In this document: piece by piece, positions 31,441-42,024 of the stretch
How the letters are laid out: each line of letters starts with the position of its first letter
Position numbering within the stretch: the stretch's first letter is position 1
From: an uncultured Chloroflexia bacterium
Lineage (GTDB): Bacteria; Chloroflexota; UBA6077; JACCZL01
Assembly (NCBI GenBank): GCA_963765765.1
Contig: CAVXYC010000020.1
Coordinates: forward strand, 352,001-416,000
DNA length: 64,000 nucleotides
Direction: 5' to 3'
Program-made: the position numbers and the translations under genes
The notes under the pieces: generated by a model
Told to the model about the DNA's origin: nothing
What the model saw: the letters and a program-made list of their open reading frames with translations, nothing else
Database searches by the model: none

Positions 31441-32208
31441 CTAGGAAAGAGTTCGATCAAAGAATTGGAACACCTTGCTCCACCCGTCCATGGCCTGCTG
31501 CTGTCGATAGTTCGGGCGGTCGTAGTAGAAGAAGCCGTGTCCCGCGCCGTCATAGCGATGGAACTCGTACTGCTTCCCGTTCTTCTTTAAAGACTCTTCC
31601 AGAGTGTCCACCTGCTCTGGGGTGGGCGCCTGGTCCTCGTTCCCGAAGATCCCCAAAATGGGGCAGTTGATCTGGGGAACGTAGTCAATTGGCGCGACGG
31701 GTTGCTGCGGCGTGAGCTCATCAGGGCCGGCGGTGACACGCCCGCCCCACAGGTCTGCTACTGCGTCGAACTTTTGTGTGCGTCCCGCTACGAGTACGGC
31801 GTTACGTCCGCCTGAGCACGTTCCGATGATACCTACCTTGCCACTCGCCTGCGGCAATGAGCGAATGTACTCGAGTGCACCTTCGCAGTCGCCTACGACG
31901 CTGTCATCGGCCACGCCACCCTCACCGCGGATCTTTGCGGTGACATCGTCTGGCTTACCGGTGCCGGCGCGAGTGTAAAGGTCAGGACACACGGTGATGT
32001 AGCCATGGTGGGCGAAACGGCGAGCCGTCTCCCGATAGAACTCGTCCCAGCCGGGCATGTGGTGAATGAGGACAATACCGGGAAACGGCCCCGGTCCTAG
32101 CGGACGCGCCACGTAACTCATGACGTAGTCGCCGTTGTAGCCCTTGACCTTCGTCGTCTCGGCGATCTGTCCCTGATAGTCGCCAGTGTTGAAATCATTC
32201 CACTGCAT
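31441..32208 (-). CDS. dienelactone hydrolase family protein
   Basis: GTCSGG nucleophile, GNED, YDGAGHGF. Confidence 0.9.
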   Translation of the reverse strand: MQWNDFNTGDYQGQIAETTKVKGYNGDYVMSYVARPLGPGPFPGIVLIHHMPGWDEFYRETARRFAHHGYITVCPDLYTRAGTGKPDDVTAKIRGEGGVADDSVVGDCEGALEYIRSLPQASGKVGIIGTCSGGRNAVLVAGRTQKFDAVADLWGGRVTAGPDELTPQQPVAPIDYVPQINCPILGIFGNEDQAPTPEQVDTLEESLKKNGKQYEFHRYDGAGHGFFYYDRPNYRQQQAMDGWSKVFQFFDRTLS

Positions 32209-32327
32209 AGTTTCCCTCCACGCCAGCGTGCCCACTGAAGATGACGGACAATGCCGCGGTCTGTCAAGGCGCAACCAGCCTGAGACCCTGAACAGAGCCG
32301 CATCCCGTGAGAGTGCGGCTCTGCAGA

Positions 32328-32852
32328 TCAGGAAGCGTACGCGAGTAGCTCCGCGGACAGCGCGTCAAGCTGCTCATCCAGCTCAGACGGCAACGGATCA
32401 TTGGGATATCCGCCCAGCTCCGGATCCGTGGCGTAAATCGCGCGCGCCGCTGAGATACCCGGCCAGACTGGCCACCAAGGGCGCAGTCCATGGTCCACCG
32501 CCAGCATGTGCGCTGGCGAGGCTCCCGTGGCGATGAGTCCTACGATTGATCCAGCAAGGGCATCGCGCGGCAGAAGATCGAAGAATGCCTTGAGCTGTCC
32601 CGTGTAGCTCGCACGATATATCGGCGTACCTACGACGAGAATTCGCGCGTTTGTGGCCTTTTCCAGGGCGGCAGCCACTTCCTCGTCTTTCGTGCGGTAG
32701 AGAAGTCCGTCCGCGGAAAGCTTGGCCAGATCGATGAGCTCGGTTTCCGCGCCGCCCGCCCGTAAGCGATTCAGCAGATCGCTCACCAATGCTCCCGACC
32801 GAGACGGCGAGCTTATGCTCCCGGCGAGTCCGATTGCCATCGCCCCGCTCAC
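32328..32852 (-). CDS. NADPH-dependent FMN reductase (SsuE/MsuE-like)
   Basis: GSISSPSRS, GTPIYRASYTGQLKAFFDLL, ATGASPAH. Confidence 0.88.
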   Translation of the reverse strand: MSGAMAIGLAGSISSPSRSGALVSDLLNRLRAGGAETELIDLAKLSADGLLYRTKDEEVAAALEKATNARILVVGTPIYRASYTGQLKAFFDLLPRDALAGSIVGLIATGASPAHMLAVDHGLRPWWPVWPGISAARAIYATDPELGGYPNDPLPSELDEQLDALSAELLAYAS

Positions 32853-33928
32853 CCGACGCTCCGGACGGCCGGCTGGCGAAGCCCCATGCGCTCCAGGCGA
32901 GGCAGGACTTCCTGTGCGAACATGGGGAACTCGTCGAGATAATTCACGAAATGCAGCACCATTCCATCGAAATTGGCCGCGTGGACCTCAGCCAGACCTT
33001 CCGCGACTTTGTCAGGATCGCCAATCGCGCAGAAGTTGCCCCGCCCGAGAACCCGCTCGGCCAACGGCTTGGCGCCGCTTCCCCGCACTCCGCCAATCGC
33101 TTCATGATCGGCATGCGCCACGCAATAATCGGCAAACTCCTGGGCCTCAGAGGTGCTCGAGCGACAGATGACACCGACTGGCGTCCATACCTGAATGGTT
33201 CGGCCGGCCTCGGCAGCACGGCGTTTGGTGTCCGCGATTCGGTCTCCACTCTTGATACCGTCGAAATGCATGTCTGAAAGCCGAAGTGCGAAGTCACGAC
33301 CAACTTCCGACATACCAGCATTCATCATGAGCGGCGCCCGACCTCCATATGGGAGCGGTCGTCCCTCGATATTTCGAAGTTGGAAATACCGCCCATCGAA
33401 GTCAAATGGCTCATCCCCATTCCAGATTCGACGAACAATGCTCCACCATTCTTCCGCCTGGTCATAGCCAGCGTCGTGCCCCTGGTGCTCCACACCAAAC
33501 ATCCCGAATTCGTCTTCGTTCCAGCCGCACACCAGGTTCACGCCGAACCGACCACGGCCGATGTGGTCTGCCGTGGCCATCTGCTTTGCAGCGAGCACAG
33601 GCGGCACTAAAGGCACATGCACTGTGGAAAAGACGTTGATGTGTCGCGTTGCGGCCAGCAATCCACACGCCCAGGCCGTCGACTCGAAGCTCTCGCCGTT
33701 CGGATTGGTAATCCCGCCGTAGCCCTTCCAGCGAGCAATCGGCACCATCGCTTCAATGCCGGCTTGATCCGCACACTGGGCCAGAGCCAGGTTGTGCTCC
33801 CAGGTGGCATCCCAGCGCTCGGGAATATCGATGTACGTGCGACCGCTGGAGACATTGGCGCCAAAGATCCCGAGCTTGAGTTGGTTGCCGCCAATCAGGC
33901 CGGGATTTCGATCGAACATCTTCATCAT
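32849..33928 (-). CDS. LLM class flavin-dependent monooxygenase
   Basis: LKLGIF, PIARWKGYGG, AKQMATADHIG.GRFGVNLVCGWN, NAG.S. Confidence 0.92.
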   Translation of the reverse strand: MMKMFDRNPGLIGGNQLKLGIFGANVSSGRTYIDIPERWDATWEHNLALAQCADQAGIEAMVPIARWKGYGGITNPNGESFESTAWACGLLAATRHINVFSTVHVPLVPPVLAAKQMATADHIGRGRFGVNLVCGWNEDEFGMFGVEHQGHDAGYDQAEEWWSIVRRIWNGDEPFDFDGRYFQLRNIEGRPLPYGGRAPLMMNAGMSEVGRDFALRLSDMHFDGIKSGDRIADTKRRAAEAGRTIQVWTPVGVICRSSTSEAQEFADYCVAHADHEAIGGVRGSGAKPLAERVLGRGNFCAIGDPDKVAEGLAEVHAANFDGMVLHFVNYLDEFPMFAQEVLPRLERMGLRQPAVRSVG

Positions 33929-33937
33929 CTGGGCACG

Positions 33938-34027
33938 CTCCTCGCCCCTGGAAGAGGGTTAGGGTGAGGGAGCACGATGTCCACCACCGCGAAACCCTCA
34001 CCCTAGCCCTCTCTCACGGGCGAGGAG
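33938..34027. repeat. REP-like inverted repeat (CCCTCACCCTAACCCTCT family)
   Basis: ctcctcgcccctggaagagggttagggtgaggg..ccctcaccctagccctctctcacgggcgaggag; related copy at 58915. Confidence 0.75.
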
Positions 34028-34033
34028 CCGGTG

Positions 34034-34657
34034 CTACCGCAGCGGCGAGAACGCCGCCGGCACCATATGCCGCACAAGCTGCACCATGGGCCGGGCCTCA
34101 CTGTGCGGTGGCCAGAGGTGCTTCTCTCGCAGCTCGGTGCGGACTTCGTCGCGATGATCCCAGTTCTTGTAAGGGAACAGCTGGTAGAGACGATTCAGAT
34201 TGCCGAGCTCGCTGGTCCAGATGCCGCCCACAGGGTACACATCGTTTCGAGCTGGATATGCCGCGGCAAAGGTCTCAGCCACACTCGTCGTTGCGCCGGA
34301 CCCGTAGGTGTACATCCGCAGCTCATACAGACCACCCAGCTCGTTCACACCCGTGTGATGGTGCATGCCCTTGATTGGCGTGATGATGTCTGACTCCTGC
34401 GAGATGAGCAGGTCGTTTGTGTCGGGCGGCCACTTCCCGCTGGGATCCTTCGACGCGGCGACACGCGTGTCGGCACGTTGCTGCAGCGTGTCATAGCCCC
34501 AGATGTGGACGATCTGATTCAACGGCCCAATCTCTGTGTGCCACATACCGTAAAGCTGCGAGTACTTGAGGCGCGTCTCCAACGCCTCGCCAAAGCGCTT
34601 CTCATACTCCGGCACGTTGCCCGGCTTCAGGGTGTAGGTTCGAATCTCGTAGATCAT
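34034..34657 (-). CDS. NIPSNAP family protein (two domains)
   Basis: MIYEIRTYTLKPG, W.TEIGPLNQIVHIW.Y; second repeat YELRMY. Confidence 0.9.
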   Translation of the reverse strand: MIYEIRTYTLKPGNVPEYEKRFGEALETRLKYSQLYGMWHTEIGPLNQIVHIWGYDTLQQRADTRVAASKDPSGKWPPDTNDLLISQESDIITPIKGMHHHTGVNELGGLYELRMYTYGSGATTSVAETFAAAYPARNDVYPVGGIWTSELGNLNRLYQLFPYKNWDHRDEVRTELREKHLWPPHSEARPMVQLVRHMVPAAFSPLR

Positions 34658-34763
34658 AAATCTCCCCTTTGAGCGTGTCAGAGCATTGTAGAACAGGGGT
34701 CAGGGGTTTGGGCGTTAGGGAAGAGTGAACGGCGGCTCTCGGTCACGTGGGTCCACTCATCAC

Positions 34764-35858
34764 TCAGTCAAAGACTACGACCCCTCGGGCCACCTGGCCG
34801 CTTCTCAGAGCGTCGAAGCCTTCGTTGATTTCGTCCAGGCTGTAGGTTCGACTAATGAGGGCGTCCAGCTCCAGCTTGCCGTCAAGGTAAAGATCGACCA
34901 GGATGGGGAAATCCAGGTTTGGCCGCACCGATCCGTACATCGTGCCCTTGAGAGTCTTCTCCAGGAGAGCCATGGAGTAGGGCTGCACTGGCGCGCGAAC
35001 GCTCATTGCGGCCATCCCGACGATGACGGCTGTACCGCCAGGGCGGATGGAGTCGAGAATTTGAATCGTCGTAGCTTCGCCGCCGATAGCGTCGAATGCG
35101 TAGTCAACGCCCCGTCCGCCCGTCAGGGCACGGACTTCTTTAACCACCTCATCACGCGAAGCGTTCAACGTGTGGGTGGCGCCGAACTCCTTGGCGTACT
35201 CCAATTTGTTATCCAGGAGATCGCAAGCAATGATCGTCCGCGCACCGGCAAGTCGGGCGCCCTGAACAACATTCAGACCCACCCCGCCACAGCCCACAAC
35301 GAACACGGATGATCCAGCCGGCACCTGCGCGCATCGTGTAACCGCGCCCACACCGGTTGGCACAGAGCAGCCTGTCAGCGCTGCCTGTGGAAAGGGCATC
35401 TCCTTGCGGATCGGCACCAGCATCTCCGCCGGGCAAACGACCTGCTCGGAGAACGTGCCAATGCGCGCCATCTGAAAGATCTCCTGGTCGCCCCGTCGCA
35501 GTCGCGTCGTTCCGTCGAGCATGCCCCAGCGGGGCGAGGTGTGCCCATCACAGAGAATTGACCGTCCCGTCGAGCAGTACAGGCAATGACCACATTGCGG
35601 GCGAAACGAAAAGATGACGTGATCGCCAACCGAGATGCCCGCAACATCAGGACCAACCTCTTCAACGATGCCGGCGGCTTCATGTCCCAGCACCATGGGC
35701 AAAGGCACTGTCCAGTCGCCATTCATGATGTGCCAATCGCTGTGGCACACTCCGGCCGCCTTCACACGCACTCGCGCTTCACCGGCCTTCGGCCCCTGCT
35801 GCTCGAGCTCGATGATCTCAAGAGGCGCGTTGGCCTCGTACAGAACGGCGGCTTTCAT
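34764..35858 (-). CDS. Zn-dependent alcohol dehydrogenase
   Basis: GVCHSD, GHEAAG, CGHCLYC..C, GCGGVG. Confidence 0.93.
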   Translation of the reverse strand: MKAAVLYEANAPLEIIELEQQGPKAGEARVRVKAAGVCHSDWHIMNGDWTVPLPMVLGHEAAGIVEEVGPDVAGISVGDHVIFSFRPQCGHCLYCSTGRSILCDGHTSPRWGMLDGTTRLRRGDQEIFQMARIGTFSEQVVCPAEMLVPIRKEMPFPQAALTGCSVPTGVGAVTRCAQVPAGSSVFVVGCGGVGLNVVQGARLAGARTIIACDLLDNKLEYAKEFGATHTLNASRDEVVKEVRALTGGRGVDYAFDAIGGEATTIQILDSIRPGGTAVIVGMAAMSVRAPVQPYSMALLEKTLKGTMYGSVRPNLDFPILVDLYLDGKLELDALISRTYSLDEINEGFDALRSGQVARGVVVFD

Positions 35859-36007
35859 GGTTACGGCCTCCTGTGTTGATGAGTGAGCGCATTGTCCACT
35901 GGGCTGGTCGATCTTAGCGCGATTCACACAAGATAGGCAGGCAAGGGCTGGCACCACCAGCCATCGATACATTCATCAAAGAGCATCGCGCTTTCAGGAG
36001 ACACCAC

Positions 36008-36412
36008 ATGCTGCGAGGATTCGCCACGATCAATCTATTCGCCGCCGACCACGAGGCCGCAAAGGCCTGGTACACGGAGTTTCTAGGCGTCGAGCCCTAT
36101 TTTCAGAGGCCCGGGTACGTCGAGTTTCGGATTGGCGACTATCAACATGAGCTCGGAATCATCGACAGCAAATACGCCCCACAGCTCAACTTCAAGGCCG
36201 GCCCCGCTGGGGCCATCACGTATTGGCACGTTGACGATCTGCAGGCGACGCTCGAGCGGCTTATCTCACTGGGCGCCAAAGAGCTCGAAGGGATCAAGGA
36301 ACGAGGCGAGGGATTCGTGACCGCGTCAGTTGTTGATCCGTTCGGGAACATTCTGGGCATCATGTACAACAAGCACTATTTGGAAGTGGTAAGTAGGCAG
36401 GGATCCGCCTGA
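36008..36412 (+). CDS. VOC family protein
   Basis: AKAWY..LG.EPYF, YWHVDD, ASVVDPFGNILG. Confidence 0.88.
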   Translation: MLRGFATINLFAADHEAAKAWYTEFLGVEPYFQRPGYVEFRIGDYQHELGIIDSKYAPQLNFKAGPAGAITYWHVDDLQATLERLISLGAKELEGIKERGEGFVTASVVDPFGNILGIMYNKHYLEVVSRQGSA

Positions 36413-36485
36413 GCTGACGACCTGGCGATGGGTCTTCTGGGCTGCTCGCCACGGCCCTGGGCCGGAGACTCCCCCATCATCAGGA

Positions 36486-36582
36486 CTCCTTGTCATCCTG
36501 GAGCGCAGCGAAGGATCTAGCCCGCCGGTGCTCAGGACTCCGGTGGGGAAGATCCTTCGCTGCGCTCCAGGATGACAGGGAG
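36486..36582. repeat. REP-like inverted repeat (GTCATCCTG..GAAGGATCT family)
   Basis: tgtcatcctggagcgcagcgaaggatct and agatccttcgctgcgctccaggatgaca form perfect 28-bp arms. Confidence 0.85.
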
Positions 36583-36637
36583 CCAGCTATTAGATGCGTT
36601 GGCTCTCTTGTTAGATTCCTAACCAGCCCGCCCAGCG

Positions 36638-37046
36638 CTAGTGCAGCGCCGACTGCACCGCATCGTACGTGTACCGAGGCGCGTAGTCGGGGTTCAGCGA
36701 CGAGGCTCTGATTTGCCGCTCCGCCGGCGGAATTCGGTCCGCCGTCCAGACGGAGCACTCACCCAAGGCCTCCCTTGCTTGCAGCACCCACAACATTGTC
36801 GAGGTGGTTCGGCTCGTCCCGCTCCCAGGGGAAGCGGCCTCGGGACTGATCGATCGACTTCCATTCCAGCGTGTGGCGCATATACCCACAGCCCGCGGCG
36901 CGGGCCTGTTCAACGCTCCAGGAGCTAATCCCTGAAACGCTCACCCCAACAGCCAGGTCCTGACGCACGCCCTGGGCGAACGAGGATTGAGGCGAAAGAC
37001 AGAGCAGCAGAACGATAAGCGCACTAATCCGCGGGAAATGACGCAA
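36638..37046 (-). pseudogene. truncated secreted glycoside-hydrolase-like protein
   Basis: Signal peptide, then AGCGYMRHTLEWKSIDQSRGRFPW..LDNVV.AA (GH-A-clan-like N-terminus); short and frameshifted. Confidence 0.45.
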
Positions 37047-37107
37047 ATGGATACATCAAATATGCGCAATCATCGATCGGAAGGCCGCACCGTTGATTAT
37101 CAGGCGG

Positions 37108-37761
37108 CTATGCCGCGAGTCGTCGTTTTCGGTACCAAACGGCGGCGCGGACCCCCAGAAGGATTGCTAGCACCAGCGCGTACGTGAACGGTTGCGACAC
37201 GTCGATCTTCACGCGCCAGATGAAATGAATGACTGCCAGGATACCCGCAATATAGGCCAGTCGGTGAAGTAGCTGCCAGCGCTTAAAGCCCAGCTTCCGA
37301 ACCCACGCCGTCGTCGATGTGATTGCCAGCGGGATCATCAGCACGAGCGCCAGCATGCCAACAGTAATGAACGGCCGCTGAATGATGTCCTCAACGATGA
37401 CACGCCAATCGAACACCTGGTCCAACACCATGTACGTGAAGAAGTGAACCAGCGCATAGAAGAACGCAAACAACCCAAGCTCACGGCGCACTGCAATCTG
37501 CCAGGTCCACCCGAAGATGTAGCGCGCCGGAGTGCAGGCTAGCGAAGCCATGAGAAAGATCAACGCGGTGAGTCCAGTCTCATTCTCAACCAGCGCGATT
37601 GGATCTGCTCCGAGCTGTCCCTGTGATCCGCGCACGATCAGCGAGACAAGTGGCATGAGAGCGCCCAGGAAAATGCCAGGTTTCAGCCAGGGACGTGCCT
37701 CACGACGCGACGGCGTTCGCTTCCGCGAGGCCGCCTCGGATGGAGCTGCTTCGCTTGCCAT
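37108..37761 (-). CDS. msrQ: protein-methionine-sulfoxide reductase heme subunit
   Basis: LGADPI..TG..AL..LACTP, RRELGL.AFFY..H, RPFITVG, W..LHRL.Y. Confidence 0.92.
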   Translation of the reverse strand: MASEAAPSEAASRKRTPSRREARPWLKPGIFLGALMPLVSLIVRGSQGQLGADPIALVENETGLTALIFLMASLACTPARYIFGWTWQIAVRRELGLFAFFYALVHFFTYMVLDQVFDWRVIVEDIIQRPFITVGMLALVLMIPLAITSTTAWVRKLGFKRWQLLHRLAYIAGILAVIHFIWRVKIDVSQPFTYALVLAILLGVRAAVWYRKRRLAA

Positions 37762-37762
37762 C

Positions 37763-38751
37763 CTAGAAGTAGGTCCGTAGATCCATACCGGCGTAGAGCC
37801 CAGCCACCTGCTCACCGTAGCCATTGAACGGAAGCGTTGGCCGACGACCGAAGTCGCCAATGCGTCGCTCGCTGGCCTGACTCCAGCGTGGATGGTTCAC
37901 TTCAGGATTCACGTTGGCGTAAAATCCGTACTCCCGAGGCGCCGCGATGGCCCACGTATTCTCCGGCCGTTTCTCAGTGAAGCGAATCTTCACGATCGAC
38001 TTCACGCCCTTGAAGCCGTACTTCCACGGCACAACCAGTCGCAAAGGTGCGCCACTCTGGTTTGGCAGCATCTCCCCATACAGGCCCGTGGCGAGGATAG
38101 TGAGGGGATGCATGGCCTCATCCATCCGAAGACCTTCCACGTATGGCCACTTCAGAACTCGTGAGCGCTGACCCGGCATCTGCTCGGGATCCTGTAGCGT
38201 GACCATCTCCACGTATTTCGCGTTTCCCGTGGGCTCTACGCGGCGGATTAGATCACCGAGCGGGAAGCCCATCCAGGGGATGACCATTGACCAGGCCTCT
38301 ACGCAGCGCATGCGATAGATCCGCTGCTCCTGGGGAAACCAGCTTAGAAGCGTATCGATATCGATCGTCTGCGGCCTTGCCACCTCGCCTTCGATCTCGA
38401 CCGTCCACGGACGAGGTCGAAGCGTGTGGGCGTTACGCGCAGGATCGTCTTTATCGAGACCGAATTCGTAGAAGTTGTTGTAGGTAATCACGTCCTTCTG
38501 CAATGTGAGCGGCTCGTCCGTGTCAAATGAGGATCGTCGCCACGGGCTTCGGCACGTCAGCCCCGGGCAACGCTGCCACCTCTGGTAGATCGGGCGGAGG
38601 TCCCATCCCCACAAGCAAGGACAAGCCTCCGCTCACCACGGCCGCGGTACCCAGCGTGAGCGCGCCGTTCTTGATGATCTCGCGACGGTTGACGTAGAGC
38701 GCCTTTGGCGTGATCTCGCTGCTGGGTGGCTCAAGAGGTGAAATTCTTCAT
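37763..38751 (-). CDS. msrP: protein-methionine-sulfoxide reductase catalytic subunit (frameshifts in N-terminus)
   Basis: SSEITP..NRRE Tat motif; [41 protein letters not shown]. Confidence 0.93.
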
Positions 38752-38942
38752 GTCGCGTATCATCGCACTACTCAGCCAACAATTCGAAAAAAGCTTACGT
38801 GACCTGGTGGCAATATCCGCACGTGCCGCTCGGCCTCCGTACCAGGAGCTCCGATTCACGGGACTCGCCTCGTAGTGCGGAAATTATTCCGCACGACAAG
38901 CATTGGCACGCTCAGATGGCGAACGTAATGATGAACGCGCTG

Positions 38943-40442
38943 CTAACCGAGCGCCCAGTCCCTGGACCGCGCCACCGCGCGCAGCCAGCCAGCATAGAGC
39001 GCCTCTCGCTCGTCCTCGGACGCCTTGGGCTCATACGTCTTCTGGCTCGCCCATTGGGTAGGTAACTCTGCTTGAGATTCCCAGAGTCCCACGCCCAATC
39101 CTGCCAGACAGGCAGCTCCAAGTGCGGTCGTTTCCTGCATGCCGCTAACCTGTATGGGGACGCCGAGTATGTCCGCCTGAAACTGCATCATGAATCCGTT
39201 GGCAGTACCGCCCCCATCAACGCGGAGTGTACGGATAGACTGGCCCGCCTGGCTCATCGCGCCAATGAGATCGCGCGTTTGATAGGCGATGCTCTCCAGT
39301 GTCGCCCGAGCGATGTGCTGGCGCGACGTGCCGCCGGTGAGCCCGATCATAAGGCCACGCGCATACATGTCCCAATACGGTGCACCCAGGCCAACGAATG
39401 CTGGAACGAAATAGACCCCACCGTTGTCCGTAACGGAGCGCGCCAGCGCCTCGGATTCTGCCGCGGTACGAATGATGGCCAGGCCGTCACGAAGCCACTG
39501 CACGGCGGCACCTGCCGTGAAGACGCTGCCCTCGAGCGCGTAGGTACGGTGATCGCCGACGTTACACGCGATCGTAGTAAGCAGGCCTCCGTCCGATCGA
39601 CGCGACTCAGAACCGATGTTGGCAAGCAAAAAGCATCCGGTGCCGTAGGTATTCTTCGCCTCACCGGCCTGGAAGCACGCATGACCAAAGAGGGCTGCCT
39701 GCTGATCACCGGCCATACCACTGATCGGTATCGGAGCACCGAACATTTCGGGCTCAGTCTCACCGTAAGTCTCAGCGCTCGAAACAATCCGAGGCAGCAT
39801 GGACGGCGGCACATTGAGAATGTTCAGCAGATCTGAATCCCATTCAGCAGTAGATAGATTCAGGAGCAGCGTGCGGGAGGCATTGGTCACGTCGGTGACG
39901 TGTGCTCGTCCGCCGGTCAGCTTCCAAACAAGCCACGTCTCGATGGTGCCGAAAAGGAGCTCGCCCGATTCGGCACGCTCCTGCGCCCCATCAACTCTAT
40001 CGAGGATCCAGCGAATCTTCGTGCCGGAGAAATAGGCGTCGAGGACGTAGTCCGGTGCGCTCACGAAAGAGCGGCTCTAGTCCATCCGTGCGTAGTCGGT
40101 CGCAAATCTCCGATGAGACCCGACTCTGCCACACTACGGCGGGGTAGATTGGCCGCCCGGTGGCTCGTTCCCAAACTACGGTGGTCTCGCGCTGATTGGC
40201 AATGCCGATAGCCGCGACATCCTCCGCTCTTGCTCCCGACAGCTCCAGCGCCATACGACCGACTGAGACAGTTGTGTTGAATATCTCCAGCGGATCGTGC
40301 TCAACCCAGCCCGGCTCGGGGAAATGTTGCCTGATCTCGCGATCGGCCGTAGCAATGACCCAGCCGCCAGCGTCGAACACGAGCGCCGCGGAGCCGGTTG
40401 TACCTTGATCAAACGCAAGGATGAAGCGCTGAATGAGAACAC
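38943..40442 (-). CDS. glpK: glycerol kinase (frameshifts)
   Basis: [55 protein letters not shown]. Confidence 0.95.
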
Positions 40443-40860
40443 CTCAGCGGCGTGGGGAGCGGATACGCCCGCGGGATTTCGAAGCCTCGACCGACGGTTA
40501 GAAGCCCGTTGGGAAAGTCATCCAAAGAGTAGCATAGCCGTCCATTTAAGACGGCCCATGGCCACGGCTAATGTCGTTCACTCGGGCTTGCTACAGCAGC
40601 ACTTGGTACGTCGATGTGCCCGGTGCAGCCCTCGACATCATCGTGTGCGTGGCTTAGTGGCCGAGAGGCTGGCAGTGAAGGCGCTGTAGGCGGGTCGGCG
40701 ACAGAGGACATGGCCGGAGTATGCCAACTGACATTGGGCACGGGGCGAGCTCTTGCTACGCTGGTGGGGCCGGCCATGCTGCGCCGATGCGGGCGCTCGG
40801 ACTAGAACAGCATTGTCTGGGCCAGTGCGGAATTTTGCTAGGGTGAGGCGAGAATACGAC

Positions 40861-41796
40861 GTGCGCGTGACGTTCTACGGCGTCCGTGGCTCGGTGCCGA
40901 CTCCCGGACCGTCGACCGTGCGGTATGGCGGAAACACTTCCTGCGTCGAGGTGCGCCTGGCTGACGGCTCGCTCATCGTCTTGGATGGCGGGACCGGCAT
41001 TCGCGAGCTCGGCAAGAAGCTCATTCAAGATTGCTTCACCGATCGAATCCATCTACTGGTCACGCACCCGCACCTGGATCACATCATTGGGCTGCCTTTC
41101 TTCGGGCCGATCTATCGCAAGGAGACCCACGTCGTGCTCTACCCGTTCGGAAGCCGCCGGGCCGACCGATGGAGCCGGCCCATCGTCTTCGACGGCGAGC
41201 ATTTCCCCGTCCAGTTCGCCGAGCTCCCTTTGCGGCTCGAATATGTGCACTCAGACGGAGATGAAGTCCGCATCGGCTCGGCGAGTGTCCGCCGCATCCG
41301 GCTGAATCACCCCGGCGGCTCGAACGGCTTCCGTATCGACGACGAGGATGGCGCATCGCTGTGTTACATGACGGACAACGAGCTTGACTCGCCGGGCATG
41401 GTAAACGCGTCGCCCACGGACCTGGCGCGGTTCGCCCTCGGAACGGATCTACTCATCCACGATGCGCAATTCCTCCCCTCGGACCTTCCAGCCAAGAAAG
41501 GGTGGGGCCACTCGCTGGTCGGAGAAGCCCTCGAGCTAGGCCGCGATACCGAAGCCCGCGGGGTTGCTGTCTTCCATCATGACCCCGAGCGCGACGATGA
41601 TGCGATGGACCGAATCGGCGTCGATGCCGCCCGCTGGGCGCGGGCACACGCGCCCGCGATGCAGACGTTCGTCGCGCGCGAAGGGCTCACGCTCGAGGTT
41701 TCGTCTCGGGGAGCGACTATTCACCATCGCGTCGCCCGAAGCGTTGTCCGGCAGCGAGACTCAGAACGTGGCGCCCTCGGTCAACGTCCAGCTTGA
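40861..41796 (+). CDS. MBL-fold metallo-hydrolase
   Basis: YGVRGSVP.PG..T.RYGGNTSC, THPHLDH, GWGHS, FHHDP. Confidence 0.9.
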   Translation: MRVTFYGVRGSVPTPGPSTVRYGGNTSCVEVRLADGSLIVLDGGTGIRELGKKLIQDCFTDRIHLLVTHPHLDHIIGLPFFGPIYRKETHVVLYPFGSRRADRWSRPIVFDGEHFPVQFAELPLRLEYVHSDGDEVRIGSASVRRIRLNHPGGSNGFRIDDEDGASLCYMTDNELDSPGMVNASPTDLARFALGTDLLIHDAQFLPSDLPAKKGWGHSLVGEALELGRDTEARGVAVFHHDPERDDDAMDRIGVDAARWARAHAPAMQTFVAREGLTLEVSSRGATIHHRVARSVVRQRDSERGALGQRPA

Positions 41797-41902
41797 ATCA
41801 CAGGTGCTCACTCGAAATAACACTTGCACACCGAGTGCCGAGGCGACAACCCCACCAACCGTGAAAACGACGGGTGCCGAACTCAGATTCAGTCGTTTTC
41901 GC

Positions 41903-41946
41903 GGTACGCCCCGGTGGATTCGAACCCCCGACCAACGAGGTAGAAG
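41903..41946 (-). repeat. displaced 3' half of a tRNA-Arg(TCT) allele (att site)
   Basis: Reverse complement CTTCTACCTCGTTGGTCGGGGGTTCGAATCCACCGGGGCGTACC; matches 55273-55316 at the anticodon loop, variable region and T-loop. Confidence 0.7.
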
Positions 41947-42024
41947 TCCGATGGATAGCTGTCCATAGTCGTCCAGAACAATGCGCTGCTACTCGAAAGC
42001 AGTCGTTACGAACGCTTTAGGTCC

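Noticed and set aside
39072-39836. 254-aa + strand ORF and similar long antisense ORFs across the window
   Set aside because: They lie opposite well-supported genes (here glpK) and are expected in GC-rich DNA.
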